The position numbers were made by a program, and so were the translations under genes. This document shows positions 8,782-18,160 of a stretch of DNA of 64,000 nt, one piece after another. Under the pieces are notes generated by a model, which saw only the letters and a program-made list of their open reading frames with translations, searched no databases and was not told the origin of the DNA. How positions within the stretch are numbered: the first letter of the stretch is position 1; every line of letters begins with the position of its first letter. The stretch lies in contig CAXNJO010000002.1 in assembly GCA_964202905.1 (NCBI GenBank), forward strand, positions 544,001-608,000. Direction: 5' to 3'. This DNA is from Polyangiales bacterium (GTDB lineage: Bacteria; Myxococcota_A; Polyangia; Polyangiales; JADJQN01).

Positions 8782-9620
8782 GCGCGGGCGGACAGGCGGC
8801 CTCGCGGGGCGTCGCGGGGTCTGCGAGCGCGACGCGGCGCGACGCACAGACCGAGATGGCGATCGCGGCTGAGATCGCGCTCCTGCTCCGCGATCCGCAG
8901 CGCGTAGCGGCGCGCTGTCGACGGGAGGACACGCTGCCCTCGCTCGCGGCCGCATCGCTGCTCGCGACCCTCGCGGGCGCGGCGGTGTTCGGCGGCGTAC
9001 TCGGCTCGTTCCGCGGGGGATGGCAGATCGCGACAGGCGCCGCGAAGGTCCCGCTCGCCCTCGTCGCGACGCTCGCGGTGACCGTTCCGGCCTTCTACGC
9101 GCTCGCGGCGGCGCTCGGTCGGGCGTGGACGATGCGCACCGCGATCGCGGTCACGCTCGGGGCTGCGGGGCGCGCCTCGCTGGTGCTGCTCGCCGCCGCG
9201 CCGGTGTTGTGGCTCGCGATGTCGTCGGGACTCTCGTACCACGCAGCGACGGTGGCCGCGGCCGCCGCGTACGGGCTCGCCGGGCTGGCCGCGCTCGGCG
9301 TGCTGCTGCGCGCGCTCGAGGGCCGCGCGCACGGCGTGCCGACGGCGCTCGCGTTCATCGCGGTGTTCGCCGCGGTCGGTGGCCAGACGGCGTGGACCCT
9401 CCGCCCCTATCTCGGCAGGCCGAGCCATTCGCGCGTACCGCTGCTGCGGGCCAACGAGGGCTCCTTCGCCGACGCGGTCGTGACGAGCCTGCGCTCGTCC
9501 GCGGGGATCTACGCGCACGCGGCGGACGCGTGGGACGAGACGGAAAGCCATGTCCGCGCGGCGAACCCTGCGCCGCGACGTGCACGCCGTGGAGACGCCG
9601 CGGGCGGGGGTCGACGGTGA
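8778..9620 (+). CDS. Multi-pass membrane protein (KVPL...VPAFY...QTAWTLRPYLG)
   Basis: About 5 TM segments; GTGA overlaps at both ends. Confidence 0.8.
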   Translation: MSAGGQAASRGVAGSASATRRDAQTEMAIAAEIALLLRDPQRVAARCRREDTLPSLAAASLLATLAGAAVFGGVLGSFRGGWQIATGAAKVPLALVATLAVTVPAFYALAAALGRAWTMRTAIAVTLGAAGRASLVLLAAAPVLWLAMSSGLSYHAATVAAAAAYGLAGLAALGVLLRALEGRAHGVPTALAFIAVFAAVGGQTAWTLRPYLGRPSHSRVPLLRANEGSFADAVVTSLRSSAGIYAHAADAWDETESHVRAANPAPRRARRGDAAGGGRR

Positions 9621-10321
9621 GGCTGCTCGACGTCGCGTGGCTCTACCTGCTCGTCGGGCTCGCGTGCGGGCTCGCGGTCGTCGTGCGGCGCGGGCGGCGG
9701 GATGCCCAGACGCTGGCCACCGCTGCGCTCACGGCGCTGATCTGGCCGCTCTGGGCGCCCTTCGCGCTCGACGATCCGCGCCTCGGCGCATCGCGGGGCG
9801 CGCGCGGCGCGGGCACGTCGGTGTTGCCCGATCCGCGCATCACCGACGCTGCGCAGCGGATCGACGCCGCACTGCGCGAGGCCGTCGAATCGGCGCGCGA
9901 GGGCGCGCTCGCGTCGGTGCTCCCCGGCGCGGCGGCGGAGCGCATCCTCGCGGAGGTCGCGCGCGTCGCGGGACGGCACGCGGCGCTGGCGTCGATCCTG
10001 CGCACGCCGGAGCACGACCCCGTCCGCGCGGAGGCGCGCGTCGGCGAGCTCGAAGCACGCGGCGACAACCCGCGCGCGGTCGCGACGGCGCGCCTCCACG
10101 CCGAGAACGTGCAGCGCCTCGCGCGCCTCCGGGACCGCGATCTGCGCGCGCTGGAGGAGCTCGCCGAGCTCACCGCCGCGCTGCGCACCCAGCTCCTGCT
10201 CGCGCGCTTCGCGGGCACGGCGGTCGAGGGAGCGTCTGATATCGTCGGCGAGGTGTGGGCGCGCGTGGAGGGGCTCGGTGAGGCCCTCGACGCGACCGGC
10301 ACGACGGATCGGCACACATGA
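9617..10321 (+). CDS. Protein with N-terminal 2-TM anchor and helical/coiled-coil domain
   Basis: GTG 9617 overlaps the upstream stop; VAWLYLLVG...LIWPLWAPF followed by a long helical region. Confidence 0.75.
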   Translation: MRLLDVAWLYLLVGLACGLAVVVRRGRRDAQTLATAALTALIWPLWAPFALDDPRLGASRGARGAGTSVLPDPRITDAAQRIDAALREAVESAREGALASVLPGAAAERILAEVARVAGRHAALASILRTPEHDPVRAEARVGELEARGDNPRAVATARLHAENVQRLARLRDRDLRALEELAELTAALRTQLLLARFAGTAVEGASDIVGEVWARVEGLGEALDATGTTDRHT

Positions 10322-10334
10322 CCACGGAGCCCCG

Positions 10335-11033
10335 ATGACCCGCGCCCGCACGGTGCTCGTCGCCGACGACGAGCAGCACATCCGCGACGTCGTCCAATAC
10401 GCGCTCGAGCGCGAGGGCTTCGGCGTCGCGCTCGCAGAGGACGGCGCGGCGGCCCTCGCCCGGCACGCGCGTGGCGGCATCGACGCGGTCGTGCTCGACG
10501 TCTCGATGCCCGGCATGGACGGCCTCGAAGCGTGCCGTCGCCTCCGCGCGCAAGGCCGCACGCCGATCCTTTTCCTCTCGGCGCGCGGCGACGAGCTCGA
10601 CCGCGTGCTCGGCCTCGAGCTCGGTGGGGACGACTACCTCGTGAAGCCCTTCTCGCCACGCGAGCTCGTCGCGCGGCTGCGCGCGGTGCTGCGGCGCGCG
10701 GATTCGCAGGGCGATGCAGCGAGCGTGAGCGACGCCGTGCGCACGCTGCGGCACGGCGTGATCGCCCTCGACGTCGAGCGCCACGAAGTGCGCGCGGGCG
10801 CAGCGGCGATCGCGCTCACCGCCACCGAACTCGGCGTGCTCGCGGCGCTCCTCGAGCGCCCCGGCGTGGTGCTCTCGCGGACGCAACTGATGCAGCGCGC
10901 GTATGCGTGGGACAACCTCGTCACCGAGCGGACCATCGACACCCACGTGAAGCGGATCCGCGCGAAGTTCCGCGAGGCCGCGGGCGTCGACCCCATCGCG
11001 ACGGTGCACGGCGTCGGCTACAAGGCCTGCTGA
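10335..11033 (+). CDS. OmpR-family response regulator (CreB/ChvI-like)
   Basis: VLVADDE, VLDVSMPGMDG, DDYLVKPFSPREL and ERTIDTHVKRIR..TVHGVGY. Confidence 0.95.
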   Translation: MTRARTVLVADDEQHIRDVVQYALEREGFGVALAEDGAAALARHARGGIDAVVLDVSMPGMDGLEACRRLRAQGRTPILFLSARGDELDRVLGLELGGDDYLVKPFSPRELVARLRAVLRRADSQGDAASVSDAVRTLRHGVIALDVERHEVRAGAAAIALTATELGVLAALLERPGVVLSRTQLMQRAYAWDNLVTERTIDTHVKRIRAKFREAAGVDPIATVHGVGYKAC

Positions 11034-12589
11034 TGCCCGTTGGCCTCGCGCGCGCGCTCGGGCGCCTCCGCGTGCGGCTGCTCGCGGTGAACCTCGTGGT
11101 GCTGCTCGTCCCGGTCGCGGGGCTCGAGTTCGCGCGTGTCTACGAGCGGCAGCTGCTCGGCGCGCTCGAGCGCGACATGCGCAACCAGGCCGTGCTCGTG
11201 CGCGCACTGCTCAGCGACCGCGCAGAACGCGGCGAGCCCCTCGACGCCGCGCGGCTCGAGGCGATGCTCGCGCGTGCGGCGACACGCACCCGCACACGCA
11301 TCCGCGTGCTCGACGCGCGCGGCGACGTGCGGCTCGACTCGCACGCGAACGGCCCGCCCGAGGGCCCCGAGCCGCCGCCCCCCAGCGTGCTGCACACGTC
11401 GATCAGCGACGCGTCCAGGCGCGCGTACGGGGCGACGCGCGGCGCGGACGTGGGGCCGTGGCGCAGCGACGCGACGGAGAGTTGGCCCGCCCTCGCCGCG
11501 CGCGGCGAAGTCCGGGACGCGCTCGCCGGACGACCGAGCGCACGCACCCGCATCCGGCGCGCGCCCGCCGGCGTCTTCCTGTTCGTCACCGAGCCCGCGC
11601 GGCTCGTGCTCGGCCCGCCGCCCGCTGCCGCGACGCGCGGCGCGGTGTACGTCGTGCGCTCGACGCAGCCCGTGCTCGTCGAGCTGTACCGCATCCGCGC
11701 CGGCCTGCGCGGCGTGCTGCTCGTCGCGCTCGTGCTCACCGCGCTTCTGACGCTCGCGCTCGCGTGGACGATCTCGCGCCCCCTCGCGCGGCTCGCACGC
11801 GCCGCGAAGCGCATCGCCGCGGGAGAGCGCGACATCGCGGTGCCCGTGGGCGGCGGCGGCGAGATCCGCGACCTCGGTGACGCCGTCGCGCAGATGAAGC
11901 AGCGCCTCGAGGACCGGCTTCGCTACATCGAGGGCTTCGCGGCCGACGTCGCGCACGAGTTCAAGTCGCCGCTCACCGCGATCCGCGGCGCGGCGGAGCT
12001 CCTCGACGAGGGGGCCGCGGACGATCCGGCCGCGCGGCGGCGCTTCCTGCAGAACATCGGGCACGACGTGGAGAGGCTCGATCGGCTCGTCTCGCGGCTG
12101 CTCGAGCTCTCGCGGCTCGAGGCGTCGCAGGAGCCGCCCGCCCTGGTGGACGTCGAGGCCGTGGTGCGGCGCGCGGCGGCGCGCGCGGAGACGCCCGACG
12201 TGCCCATGCACGTCGCGTGGCACGCGCGTGACGCTCGGCTGCGGGCGCGCGAGGTGGACCTCGAGACCGCGCTCTTCAATCTCTTCGACAACGCGGTGCG
12301 GTTCTCCCCGGCGGGCGTCGGGGTCCGCGTCACGGCGCAGGGCGCGGCGGGGGGCGCGCTCGAGATCGTGATCGAAGACCGCGGCCCCGGCATCGCCCCC
12401 GAGAACCTCACGCGCATCTTCGACCGCTTCTTCACGACCGATCGCGCGCGCCAGGGCACGGGCCTCGGCCTCGCCATCGTGCAGAGCGTCATCCGCGCGC
12501 ACGGCGGGAACGTGACGGCGACGAGCGCGCACGGACACGGCGCGTGCTTCCGCGTTCGACTCCCCGGCCTGCGCGCGGGACGGGGCTGA
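11033..12589 (+). CDS. Sensor histidine kinase with HAMP domain (CreC/ChvG-like)
   Basis: Two TMs, HAMP, H-box ADVAHEFKSPLTAIRGAAELL, NLFDNAVRFS, DRGPGI and GTGLGL; TGATG coupling to the regulator. Confidence 0.95.
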   Translation: MPVGLARALGRLRVRLLAVNLVVLLVPVAGLEFARVYERQLLGALERDMRNQAVLVRALLSDRAERGEPLDAARLEAMLARAATRTRTRIRVLDARGDVRLDSHANGPPEGPEPPPPSVLHTSISDASRRAYGATRGADVGPWRSDATESWPALAARGEVRDALAGRPSARTRIRRAPAGVFLFVTEPARLVLGPPPAAATRGAVYVVRSTQPVLVELYRIRAGLRGVLLVALVLTALLTLALAWTISRPLARLARAAKRIAAGERDIAVPVGGGGEIRDLGDAVAQMKQRLEDRLRYIEGFAADVAHEFKSPLTAIRGAAELLDEGAADDPAARRRFLQNIGHDVERLDRLVSRLLELSRLEASQEPPALVDVEAVVRRAAARAETPDVPMHVAWHARDARLRAREVDLETALFNLFDNAVRFSPAGVGVRVTAQGAAGGALEIVIEDRGPGIAPENLTRIFDRFFTTDRARQGTGLGLAIVQSVIRAHGGNVTATSAHGHGACFRVRLPGLRAGRG

Positions 12590-12617
12590 GCGCCGGCCCC
12601 TTGAACTCAGCGGCGAC

Positions 12618-13378
12618 GTGGCAACGCCTGCCGTCGATGCCGGCGATGCCGACGCAGGCGTCTCGGACTCGGGTTCTGCGGACCTCGGAGGCGCGGACAT
12701 CGGGATACCCGATCTCGGAGAATACGATTCTGGCGTCCCCAATCTTGGAGAACCGGAGTTGGGATCGACGAATTTGGCTGCTCTCGACTCTGGTCCCGCG
12801 GACCTCTGCCCCAACGATCTCGGAACACCCGATCTCGGAACACCCGATCTCGGAACACCCGATCTCGGAACACCCGATTTCGGCACCGACGCCGGGCCAG
12901 CCCGGCCCGTCCTGCGTGCGCCGCGTCGCCTGAGCGCCGCCTACCACTTGCTCGCCATCCGCCCGACGGGGTGGCTCGAGGCCTGGGGCGACAACCGCGC
13001 GGTGGCGACACCGACCGGACGACGGCCTCGACCGGCAGCCTCGACGCGTGCGCGGCGCACAACGGCGGCGTGCACCGCTGGGGTGACGGCGAGGGCGCGA
13101 GCCCGGCGCGCGTCGGCGCGGGCAGCGATTGGTGGCATGTCACCGCCGCGCGGCACCACGCGTCCGGTCTCCGCGGCGCGCTCGGGGACGGCACGTTCAC
13201 CGACCGCACGACACCGACCCGCGTCGGCGGCGACAGCGACTGGACGGCGCTCGCGGTGGGCTTCGAGCAGACCTGCGGGCTCCGCGCGGGCGGCACGCTG
13301 CACTGCTGGGGCGACGCCGAGGGCCTGACGCTCGGCGACGGCGGCGCAGTCGCCACGCTCCCGCGGAGCGTCGACTGA
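12618..13378 (+). pseudogene. Degraded RCC1-repeat protein with DLG-repeat linker
   Basis: DLGTP repeats, then RCC1-like fragments (WLEAWGDN; GALGDGTFTDRTTPTRVGGDSDWTALAVGFEQTCGLRAGGTLHCWG) split across two frames. No signal peptide and too few blades for a full propeller. Confidence 0.6.
12816..12887 (+). repeat. 15-bp tandem repeat (DLGTP)
   Basis: gatctcggaacaccc x4 plus one degenerate copy. Confidence 0.95.
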
Positions 13379-13439
13379 GAACGAGCAGGTATCCCGCGTG
13401 GGGCGTCTTCGGTATACTCGCGGGGTTCCCGGAGGACCG

Positions 13440-14885
13440 ATGCGCGCCCGTCTCGTCATGGCCTTGTTCGTCCTGTCCCTCGCGAGCCTCAGCGGGTGCA
13501 GCTGCAGCGCGCCTGCGGGGATGACCCGCCGCGATGGCGGCGCGGCGGGCGGCGACGCCGCACCCGAGATCGACGCCTCACCAGACGTCGATGGCGCGCG
13601 CCCGCCTGTCCCCGACGCGGACGGGCCGGTCGACCTCGGCTTCGACGCGCGCATCGACCGCACGGCGTTCTGCATGGGCATGGGACCGCCCGTGCTCGTC
13701 GGCGACGCGGTCACCGGCACGACCACGTGCGCGGGCGCGATCGCGACGCGCGTGTTCAACAACGCGGTCTGCTCGTGCGCGAACACCAACGTCGTCGGGT
13801 ATCTGCGCACGCGTTCGTTCGATTCGGGCATGGGGACGGGAGAGACGGAGTCGGGCGCGCCCGTCGGCGTGAACCGCGACTACCTCACTGGCGGCTACGC
13901 GGACATCGGCGGCAGCTTCGTCGTCGGGGGCGCGAGCGGCGTGACCTTCGGCGGCTACCTGAAAGTCGGCGGCGACGCGCGCTTCGCGGGGAGCATCACC
14001 GCGCTCGGCTACATCAACGTCGCGCGCGATCTCTGGGTGCTCGGCAACGTCACGATCCCCGCGCTCACCGTCGGGCGCGATCTGCACCAGCCTTCGGGCG
14101 GCCTCGTGCTCGCGTTCTCCGATGTCGGCGGCGACACGATCCGCACGCCCTTCACCGTCGAGGCCCCGTGCGCCTGCGACCCGGATGAGCTGATCGACGT
14201 GGCGGCGATCGTCGCCGACGGCCGGGCCAACAACGACAACGACGACATCGGGCTCTCCACCTCACGGCTCACGAACGTCGTCGGGATCGGCGTCGACATC
14301 GCGCTGCCGTGCGGCCGCTTCTACGTCGACGACATCGGTGGACTCGGCTCGATCACCCTGCGCGTCCCCGGCCGGACGGCGCTCTTCGTCGGCGGCGACG
14401 TCAACGCGCTCGGCGTCTTCGACGTCGACCTCGGCCCCGAGGGCGAGCTCGACCTCTTCATCGCAGGCAACCTCGTCTCGATCGGCGCGGGCTCGTACGG
14501 CGATCGCGCGCGGCCGGCGCGCACGCGCATCTACGTGGGCGGCGGCAGCGACGTCACCGTCGTCGGCGCGTCGGGCTTCGTCGGCAACGTGTACGCACCC
14601 TACGCGCGCGTCACGGCGCTCGGCGCGACCACCGTCTACGGCTCGCTCTTCGGCCGGCAGATCGACATGCCCGGCTACCTCGACGTCCGCTACGACCGCG
14701 CGATCCTCGACGTGGCCGAGGACTGCCCGCCCCCGCCTGGCGGCTGCGAGATGTGCGGGGGTGATGTGTGTCCCGATCGGCGCGCCTGCATCGGCGGCGC
14801 CTGCGCCGCATGCACGGCGGACAGCGACTGCTGCGCGCCGCTCGTCTGCTACCCCGACGGGACCTGCGGGTCGCTCCTGATCTGA
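13440..14885 (+). CDS. Lipoprotein with Gly/Val-rich beta-solenoid-like region and Cys-rich C-terminus
   Basis: GGAGG RBS; lipobox-like LSGC; repeated VGG/GD/GNV strands, GNVYAP; terminal C..DSDCCAPLVC. Confidence 0.85.
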   Translation: MRARLVMALFVLSLASLSGCSCSAPAGMTRRDGGAAGGDAAPEIDASPDVDGARPPVPDADGPVDLGFDARIDRTAFCMGMGPPVLVGDAVTGTTTCAGAIATRVFNNAVCSCANTNVVGYLRTRSFDSGMGTGETESGAPVGVNRDYLTGGYADIGGSFVVGGASGVTFGGYLKVGGDARFAGSITALGYINVARDLWVLGNVTIPALTVGRDLHQPSGGLVLAFSDVGGDTIRTPFTVEAPCACDPDELIDVAAIVADGRANNDNDDIGLSTSRLTNVVGIGVDIALPCGRFYVDDIGGLGSITLRVPGRTALFVGGDVNALGVFDVDLGPEGELDLFIAGNLVSIGAGSYGDRARPARTRIYVGGGSDVTVVGASGFVGNVYAPYARVTALGATTVYGSLFGRQIDMPGYLDVRYDRAILDVAEDCPPPPGGCEMCGGDVCPDRRACIGGACAACTADSDCCAPLVCYPDGTCGSLLI

Positions 14886-14972
14886 CGGGCGCGGCGGGGC
14901 CGAGGGGCGCTGTCGGGCGCCTTTCGATCGGGACACCGCCGCGACCTCCGCCGCGCAGACGGCCTGCCGACC

Positions 14973-15443
14973 TCACTCCGGGGCGAGCAGGTACGCGACG
15001 ACGACCCTCACCATCGCGCCGTCCTCGATGGCGGCCTCGTGCGCGACGAGCACGCAGGGGCGCTCCCTGCCGCTCGTCCCGACCGGCCCGCGCGGGGGGA
15101 GCGCCGCGAGCGCGACCTCGATGGCGCCTAGCTCCGCGTGCCGCATCGGCACCCAACGCGCGGCGGGCCACGCCGGCGACGGCTCGTGCATCGCCAGGGT
15201 GCGCGCGTGCGGCCCGCGCCGCTCGATCCACGCGCTCCCGACCGCGTCCTGCTCACGGAGCGGCGCGAAGGCCGCCTCGCGGAACGCGCGGTCGTCGCGG
15301 AACGCCGGATCACCGAGCGCCGCGCGCCGCGCCCACGCGTCGAACTCGACGAACGCCGCGAGGTGCAGCGCCGCGCTCGCCTTCACGTCGGCCGCCGCGG
15401 GGCCGCGCGCACCGCAGGCCGCGACGACGAGCGCGAAGCCCAT
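14973..15443 (-). CDS. Putative lipoprotein of unknown function
   Basis: MGFALVVAAC lipobox-like N-terminus; start uncertain. Confidence 0.55.
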   Translation of the reverse strand: MGFALVVAACGARGPAAADVKASAALHLAAFVEFDAWARRAALGDPAFRDDRAFREAAFAPLREQDAVGSAWIERRGPHARTLAMHEPSPAWPAARWVPMRHAELGAIEVALAALPPRGPVGTSGRERPCVLVAHEAAIEDGAMVRVVVAYLLAPE

Positions 15444-15517
15444 CAGCGCCAATGCCCCCGGCGCGCGGCGCGCGGCGCGCTCGCGATCCAGTGACGCGCG
15501 CGACGCGAGGCACGGCC

Positions 15518-16120
15518 TCACAGATCGAAGGTGAGGCCGATCTGAAGCCCCGCCGGCCAGCCGACGCGCACCAACAGCGCGTTCGCATTGCTGAAATGCC
15601 AACGGAACCCGAGCTGGCCGACCGGCGCGACATACGACGCGTAGTAATCACGATTCCAGTTCGCCGGCCCCATCAGCACGGCGAGGCCCGCCTCGAGCAT
15701 GAAGCTCCAGCGTTCCGCGAAATAGATGTTCCACTGAGCCATCACCATCGGGATGAAGCCGATGCCCTCGTAGCGCGGCGTGTACCACCAGAAGAGCTCG
15801 GCCCCGGGGCTGAGCGAGAGATCGTCCCGCACGCCGCGCGCGCGCAGGAAGCCCTCGCGCACGATCGGGATGTCGACGCGCACGCCGAGGCCGCCGTTCT
15901 TGTACCAACCGAGGTCGCCGTGGACGTCGAGCCTCACGCTCGGGGGCGGACCGGCCTGCGCCTCCGCGGGGGCGGGGGCGGCGACGAGCGCGGTGAGCGC
16001 GACGAAGAGGATGGCCAGACGAGCGGGGGGGGCCAGACGAGCGGGGGGGGCCAGACGAGCGGGGGGGGCCAGACGAACGGGCGGGGCCAGACGAGCGGGG
16101 GGGGCCAGACGAGTGGGCAT
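15518..16120 (-). CDS. Small outer-membrane beta-barrel-like protein
   Basis: Signal peptide ending AEA-Q, amphipathic aromatic-rich strands, C-terminal IGLTFDL. Confidence 0.75.
   Translation of the reverse strand: MPTRLAPPARLAPPVRLAPPARLAPPARLAPPARLAILFVALTALVAAPAPAEAQAGPPPSVRLDVHGDLGWYKNGGLGVRVDIPIVREGFLRARGVRDDLSLSPGAELFWWYTPRYEGIGFIPMVMAQWNIYFAERWSFMLEAGLAVLMGPANWNRDYYASYVAPVGQLGFRWHFSNANALLVRVGWPAGLQIGLTFDL
16013..16117. repeat. 18-bp tandem repeat x~6 with G8 tracts (RLAPPA)
   Basis: ggccagacgagcgggggg units at the 5' end of the beta-barrel gene. Confidence 0.95.
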
Positions 16121-16267
16121 GCGGAATCTCCGAGCGCGATGGGTAGCCCGTAAGCGCGGATCCGTCGACCACCAGCGCACTCCGCCCCACGCACCGGCAC
16201 GATGGCGAACTCGTCGCGCATCCCGACGCGTGCCCGGCGAGGCGCGCGCGCTACATTGCGCTCCCCG

Positions 16268-17041
16268 ATGGCGCTGATCGAATTCCGCGGCGTGAAGAAA
16301 GCCTTCGGTTCGAAGGTCGTCTATCGCGACCTCAGCCTCGACATCCACCGGGGCGAGTCCCTCACGATCATCGGCGGATCGGGCCAGGGCAAGAGCGTCA
16401 TGCTCAAGATGCTCATCGGCCTGCTGAAGCCCGACGAGGGCTCCATCCGCTTCGAGGGCGAGGAGATCACGACCCTCCCGGAGAAGCGCTACGCGCGCAT
16501 CCGCAAGCACATCGGCATGGTCTTCCAGGGCGCGGCGCTCTTCGACTCGCTGACGGTGCGCGAGAACGTCGCGTACGGGCTGCGCGAGCACGGCCGCCCC
16601 ACCGAGGAGGAGGTCGACCGCGCGGTGCACGAGGCGCTCACGTACGTCGGCCTGCCGGGGATCGAGCAGATGTGGCCGAGCGACCTCTCCGGCGGCATGA
16701 AGAAGCGCGTCGGCCTCGCGCGCACGATCGCGCTGAAGCCCGACGTCGTGCTCTACGATGAGCCCACCACGGGCCTCGATCCGATCAACACCACGCGCAT
16801 CAACCAGCTGATGTTGAAGCTGAAGCGCACGCTGAACATCACATCCGTCGCGGTCACCCACGACATGTCGAGCGCCTTCACGATCAGCGATCGCATCGTG
16901 ATGATCCGCGACGGGGGCGTCGTGTATTCGGGCACCCCCGACGAGATCCGCGCGGCCCGTGACCCTTACGTGCGCGACTTCATCGAGGGCAACGCGCCGC
17001 AGGACGAAGACACCCAGACCCTGCTGCGCAGCGCAGGCTGA
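16268..17041 (+). CDS. mlaF: ABC transporter ATP-binding protein, MlaF/Ttg2A family
   Basis: GGSGQGKS, FQGAALFDSLTVRENV, LSGGMKKRVGLAR and YDEPTTGLDP; adjacent MCE gene. Confidence 0.92.
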   Translation: MALIEFRGVKKAFGSKVVYRDLSLDIHRGESLTIIGGSGQGKSVMLKMLIGLLKPDEGSIRFEGEEITTLPEKRYARIRKHIGMVFQGAALFDSLTVRENVAYGLREHGRPTEEEVDRAVHEALTYVGLPGIEQMWPSDLSGGMKKRVGLARTIALKPDVVLYDEPTTGLDPINTTRINQLMLKLKRTLNITSVAVTHDMSSAFTISDRIVMIRDGGVVYSGTPDEIRAARDPYVRDFIEGNAPQDEDTQTLLRSAG

Positions 17042-17056
17042 GTCCACAGGAAGAGC

Positions 17057-18151
17057 ATGCAGAAGAACCGGATGGTCGAGCTGAGGGTCGGGGTCTTCGT
17101 GGTCGCCGCCATCACCGTGGGCGCGATCGTGGTGTTCACGATCGGCTCGCGGAAGAACATGTTCGGCTCGAAGCAGCCGTTCCGCGCCACGTTCGCGTCG
17201 GTCGGTGGGTTGCGGCCCGGCAGCCAGGTCTCGATGGCGGGCGTCGACGTCGGCGCCGTCGGCGAGGTCGAGCTCCGCAGCGACGGACGCATCCACGTCC
17301 GGCTCGACGTCAACGACGCCTACGTGCCGCTCCTGCGCGCCGACACCGTCGCGTCGATCGGCGCGAAGGGCCTCCTCGGCGACAAGCTCGTCGACCTCAG
17401 CGTCGGTCACGGCACGCCGCTCGCGTCGGGCGGTGAGCTGCGCACCGAGGAGCCCCTCGACATCGCCCGCATGACGGCGAAGGCGGGCGCGATCATGGCG
17501 CAGGCCGAAGAGGTCGTCGGCAACCTGCGCGCGGCGACGGGCGTGCTCGGCGAGCCCGGCTTCCAGCAAGACGTGCGCAGCTCGATGCACAGCGTCGCCG
17601 AGCTCCTGCGCATGACCGAGCAGAGCGACGGGACCGTGCGGCGGCTGCTCACCGACCCGCAGCTCGCCGATCAGGTCGAGCGCACCCTCGCCAACGCGCA
17701 GGTCGCGAGCGACGAGCTCGCGCGCACCGCGCGCAGCGCGCGCAACATCGCCGAGGAGGTCGAGCGCGGTGACGGCACCGCGCACGAGCTCATCTACGGG
17801 CAGGAGGGCACGCGCCTCGTGCGCGGTCTCGCGGACACCGCCGGCGAGACGACGCAGCTCCTCGCGGCCGTCCGCACCGGCGACGGCACGCTCCACGACC
17901 TGCTCTACGAGGACGAGGCCGACGCGCTCCTCGAGAACGTCACCGGCGCGGCCGCCGAGCTCAACACGATCCTCCGCAACATCCGCGAGGGCCGCGGGAC
18001 GATCGGCGCGCTGCTCACAGACTCCACCATCTACGAAGATGTCAAGAGGCTGGTCGGCGACCTGCAGCGCAACGAGATCCTCCGCGCCCTCGTGCGCTAC
18101 TCGATCCGCAGCGACGAGGCGCGCCCTCAGCCGGCCGCCGCGCCGCGCTGA
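17057..18151 (+). CDS. mlaD: MCE/MlaD family protein with long helical C-terminus
   Basis: N-terminal TM, GLRPGSQVSMAGVDVGAV, GLLGDKLVDL and repeated G.GT..L helical units. Confidence 0.9.
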   Translation: MQKNRMVELRVGVFVVAAITVGAIVVFTIGSRKNMFGSKQPFRATFASVGGLRPGSQVSMAGVDVGAVGEVELRSDGRIHVRLDVNDAYVPLLRADTVASIGAKGLLGDKLVDLSVGHGTPLASGGELRTEEPLDIARMTAKAGAIMAQAEEVVGNLRAATGVLGEPGFQQDVRSSMHSVAELLRMTEQSDGTVRRLLTDPQLADQVERTLANAQVASDELARTARSARNIAEEVERGDGTAHELIYGQEGTRLVRGLADTAGETTQLLAAVRTGDGTLHDLLYEDEADALLENVTGAAAELNTILRNIREGRGTIGALLTDSTIYEDVKRLVGDLQRNEILRALVRYSIRSDEARPQPAAAPR

Positions 18152-18160
18152 TCGACTCCG

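Noticed and set aside
6298..16117. Tandem repeats as a possible CRISPR array
   Set aside because: Units are contiguous, codon-multiple and coding, with no unique spacers and no cas genes.
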